This document shows positions 63,357 through 64,000 of a DNA stretch of 64,000 nt, piece after piece. The DNA comes from an uncultured Saprospiraceae bacterium (GTDB taxonomy: Bacteria; Bacteroidota; Bacteroidia; Chitinophagales; Saprospiraceae): assembly GCA_964539805.1 (NCBI GenBank), contig CAZIKN010000001.1:73782-137781 (forward strand). Reading direction: 5' to 3'. The stretch's first letter is position 1. Each line of letters starts with the position of its first letter. The notes beneath the pieces are model-generated. The model was not told the DNA's origin, made no database searches, and was given only the letters and a program-made list of their open reading frames with translations. The position numbers and the translations under genes were made by a program.

Positions 63357-64000
63357 ATGAGGTATTTATTTTACTTTTTGGCAGTATTTTCATTATCTAC
63401 TCCATCACTGCAAGCACAGTATTGCCACCCGAAGGACTCGCTCGAACTTGTCAAATTTTACATTGCCGTAAACGGTCAAAACTCAACGCTAAACTGGAAA
63501 CTTTCCCAACCGGTGAGCAGCTGGGAATGGGTTGCATTGACCCCTCAAGGCCGTGTGAAATCGCTTTGGCTTATCGGCAAAAACTTGAGCGGCGAATTGC
63601 CTGCCGACCTCAATTTACCTAATTTGACCTTGTTGGGATTGGGAAACAACAAGATTGGGGGAACACTCCCAAAGTTTGAATTATTGCCTAACCTACGGGA
63701 GTTGGAACTGCCGAACAACCGACTGACAGGCAATATACCTAATTATAATCAACCCTTTTTGCAAGACCTTGAACTGAACCATAACCAACTAACGGGCAAC
63801 ATCCCAAAATTCAAGCTTCCCTTTTTGATTTTCCTCTCTCTTAACCACAACCAACTGACGGGCGAAATCCCAGCCTTTGATACGCCTTTGCTCGGCGGAC
63901 TGCATTTGGAACACAACCAACTGACGGGCAGCATTCCTGATTTCCAAAATATGCCCAAACTGCAATGGCTGGTAGGTGACTTTAATCAGTTGAGCGGCAA
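63357..64000 (+). CDS. secreted leucine-rich repeat protein with plant-type (LxxLxLxxNxLtGxIP) repeats, 3' end outside window
   Basis: Not in the ORF track because there is no stop within the window. My translation from ATG 63357 starts with the signal peptide and cap: MRYLFYFLAVFSLSTPSLQAQ YCHPKDSLELVKFYIAVNGQNSTLNWKLSQPVSSWEWVALTPQGRVKSLWLIGKNLSGELP. LRR units of 23-24 aa follow: ..LELPNNRLTGNIP.., ..LELNHNQLTGNIP.., ..LSLNHNQLTGEIP.., ..LHLEHNQLTGSIP... Confidence 0.8.
   Translation, partial: MRYLFYFLAVFSLSTPSLQAQYCHPKDSLELVKFYIAVNGQNSTLNWKLSQPVSSWEWVALTPQGRVKSLWLIGKNLSGELPADLNLPNLTLLGLGNNKIGGTLPKFELLPNLRELELPNNRLTGNIPNYNQPFLQDLELNHNQLTGNIPKFKLPFLIFLSLNHNQLTGEIPAFDTPLLGGLHLEHNQLTGSIPDFQNMPKLQWLVGDFNQLSG

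Overview
All homology calls were made by eye from the ORF translations, with no searches run. Family names are motif-based inferences, and coordinates of non-ORF features were hand-counted.

The window looks like a chromosomal segment of a Bacteroidota genome with type IX secretion (T9SS). Supporting signs are a PorP/SprF gene, SprB repeats, type-A and type-B T9SS sorting domains, TAnnTTTG -7 promoter boxes, little Shine-Dalgarno signal and many 'AQ' signal-peptide ends.

I call about 42 protein genes and one tRNA-Arg(CCT). Most of the window is housekeeping or cell envelope:
- LacI regulator plus long NagB
- GH3 beta-glucosidase
- M42, M16, C1 and C40 peptidases
- pabB, ribD, tsaB, UDP-xylose synthase and rfbB
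- three OmpA-domain proteins

Non-routine content, roughly in order of interest:
1. At 52.7-64 kb, three tandem paralogous T9SS cargo genes. Each carries 14 FG-GAP calcium loops, and two of them also carry a receptor-L-domain-like solenoid.
2. In that array, consecutive genes share a 392-bp, ~98% identical block that spans the sorting domain, the stop codon, the 27-nt spacer and the next gene's signal peptide. A plant-type LRR gene absent from the ORF track follows immediately.
3. A PorP/SprF - OmpA - SprB-like adhesin operon whose adhesin contains four ~501-bp tandem super-repeats.
4. A STAND (NB-ARC plus TPR) NTPase with an adaptor-like N-terminal domain, split by one in-frame TAG between Walker A and Walker B.
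5. An unexplained intergenic motif family (AATGTGAT tandem octamers and GGGAATGTGATAAT) at four or more sites.
6. An IS66-type transposase scar next to a perfect 22-bp-arm palindrome.
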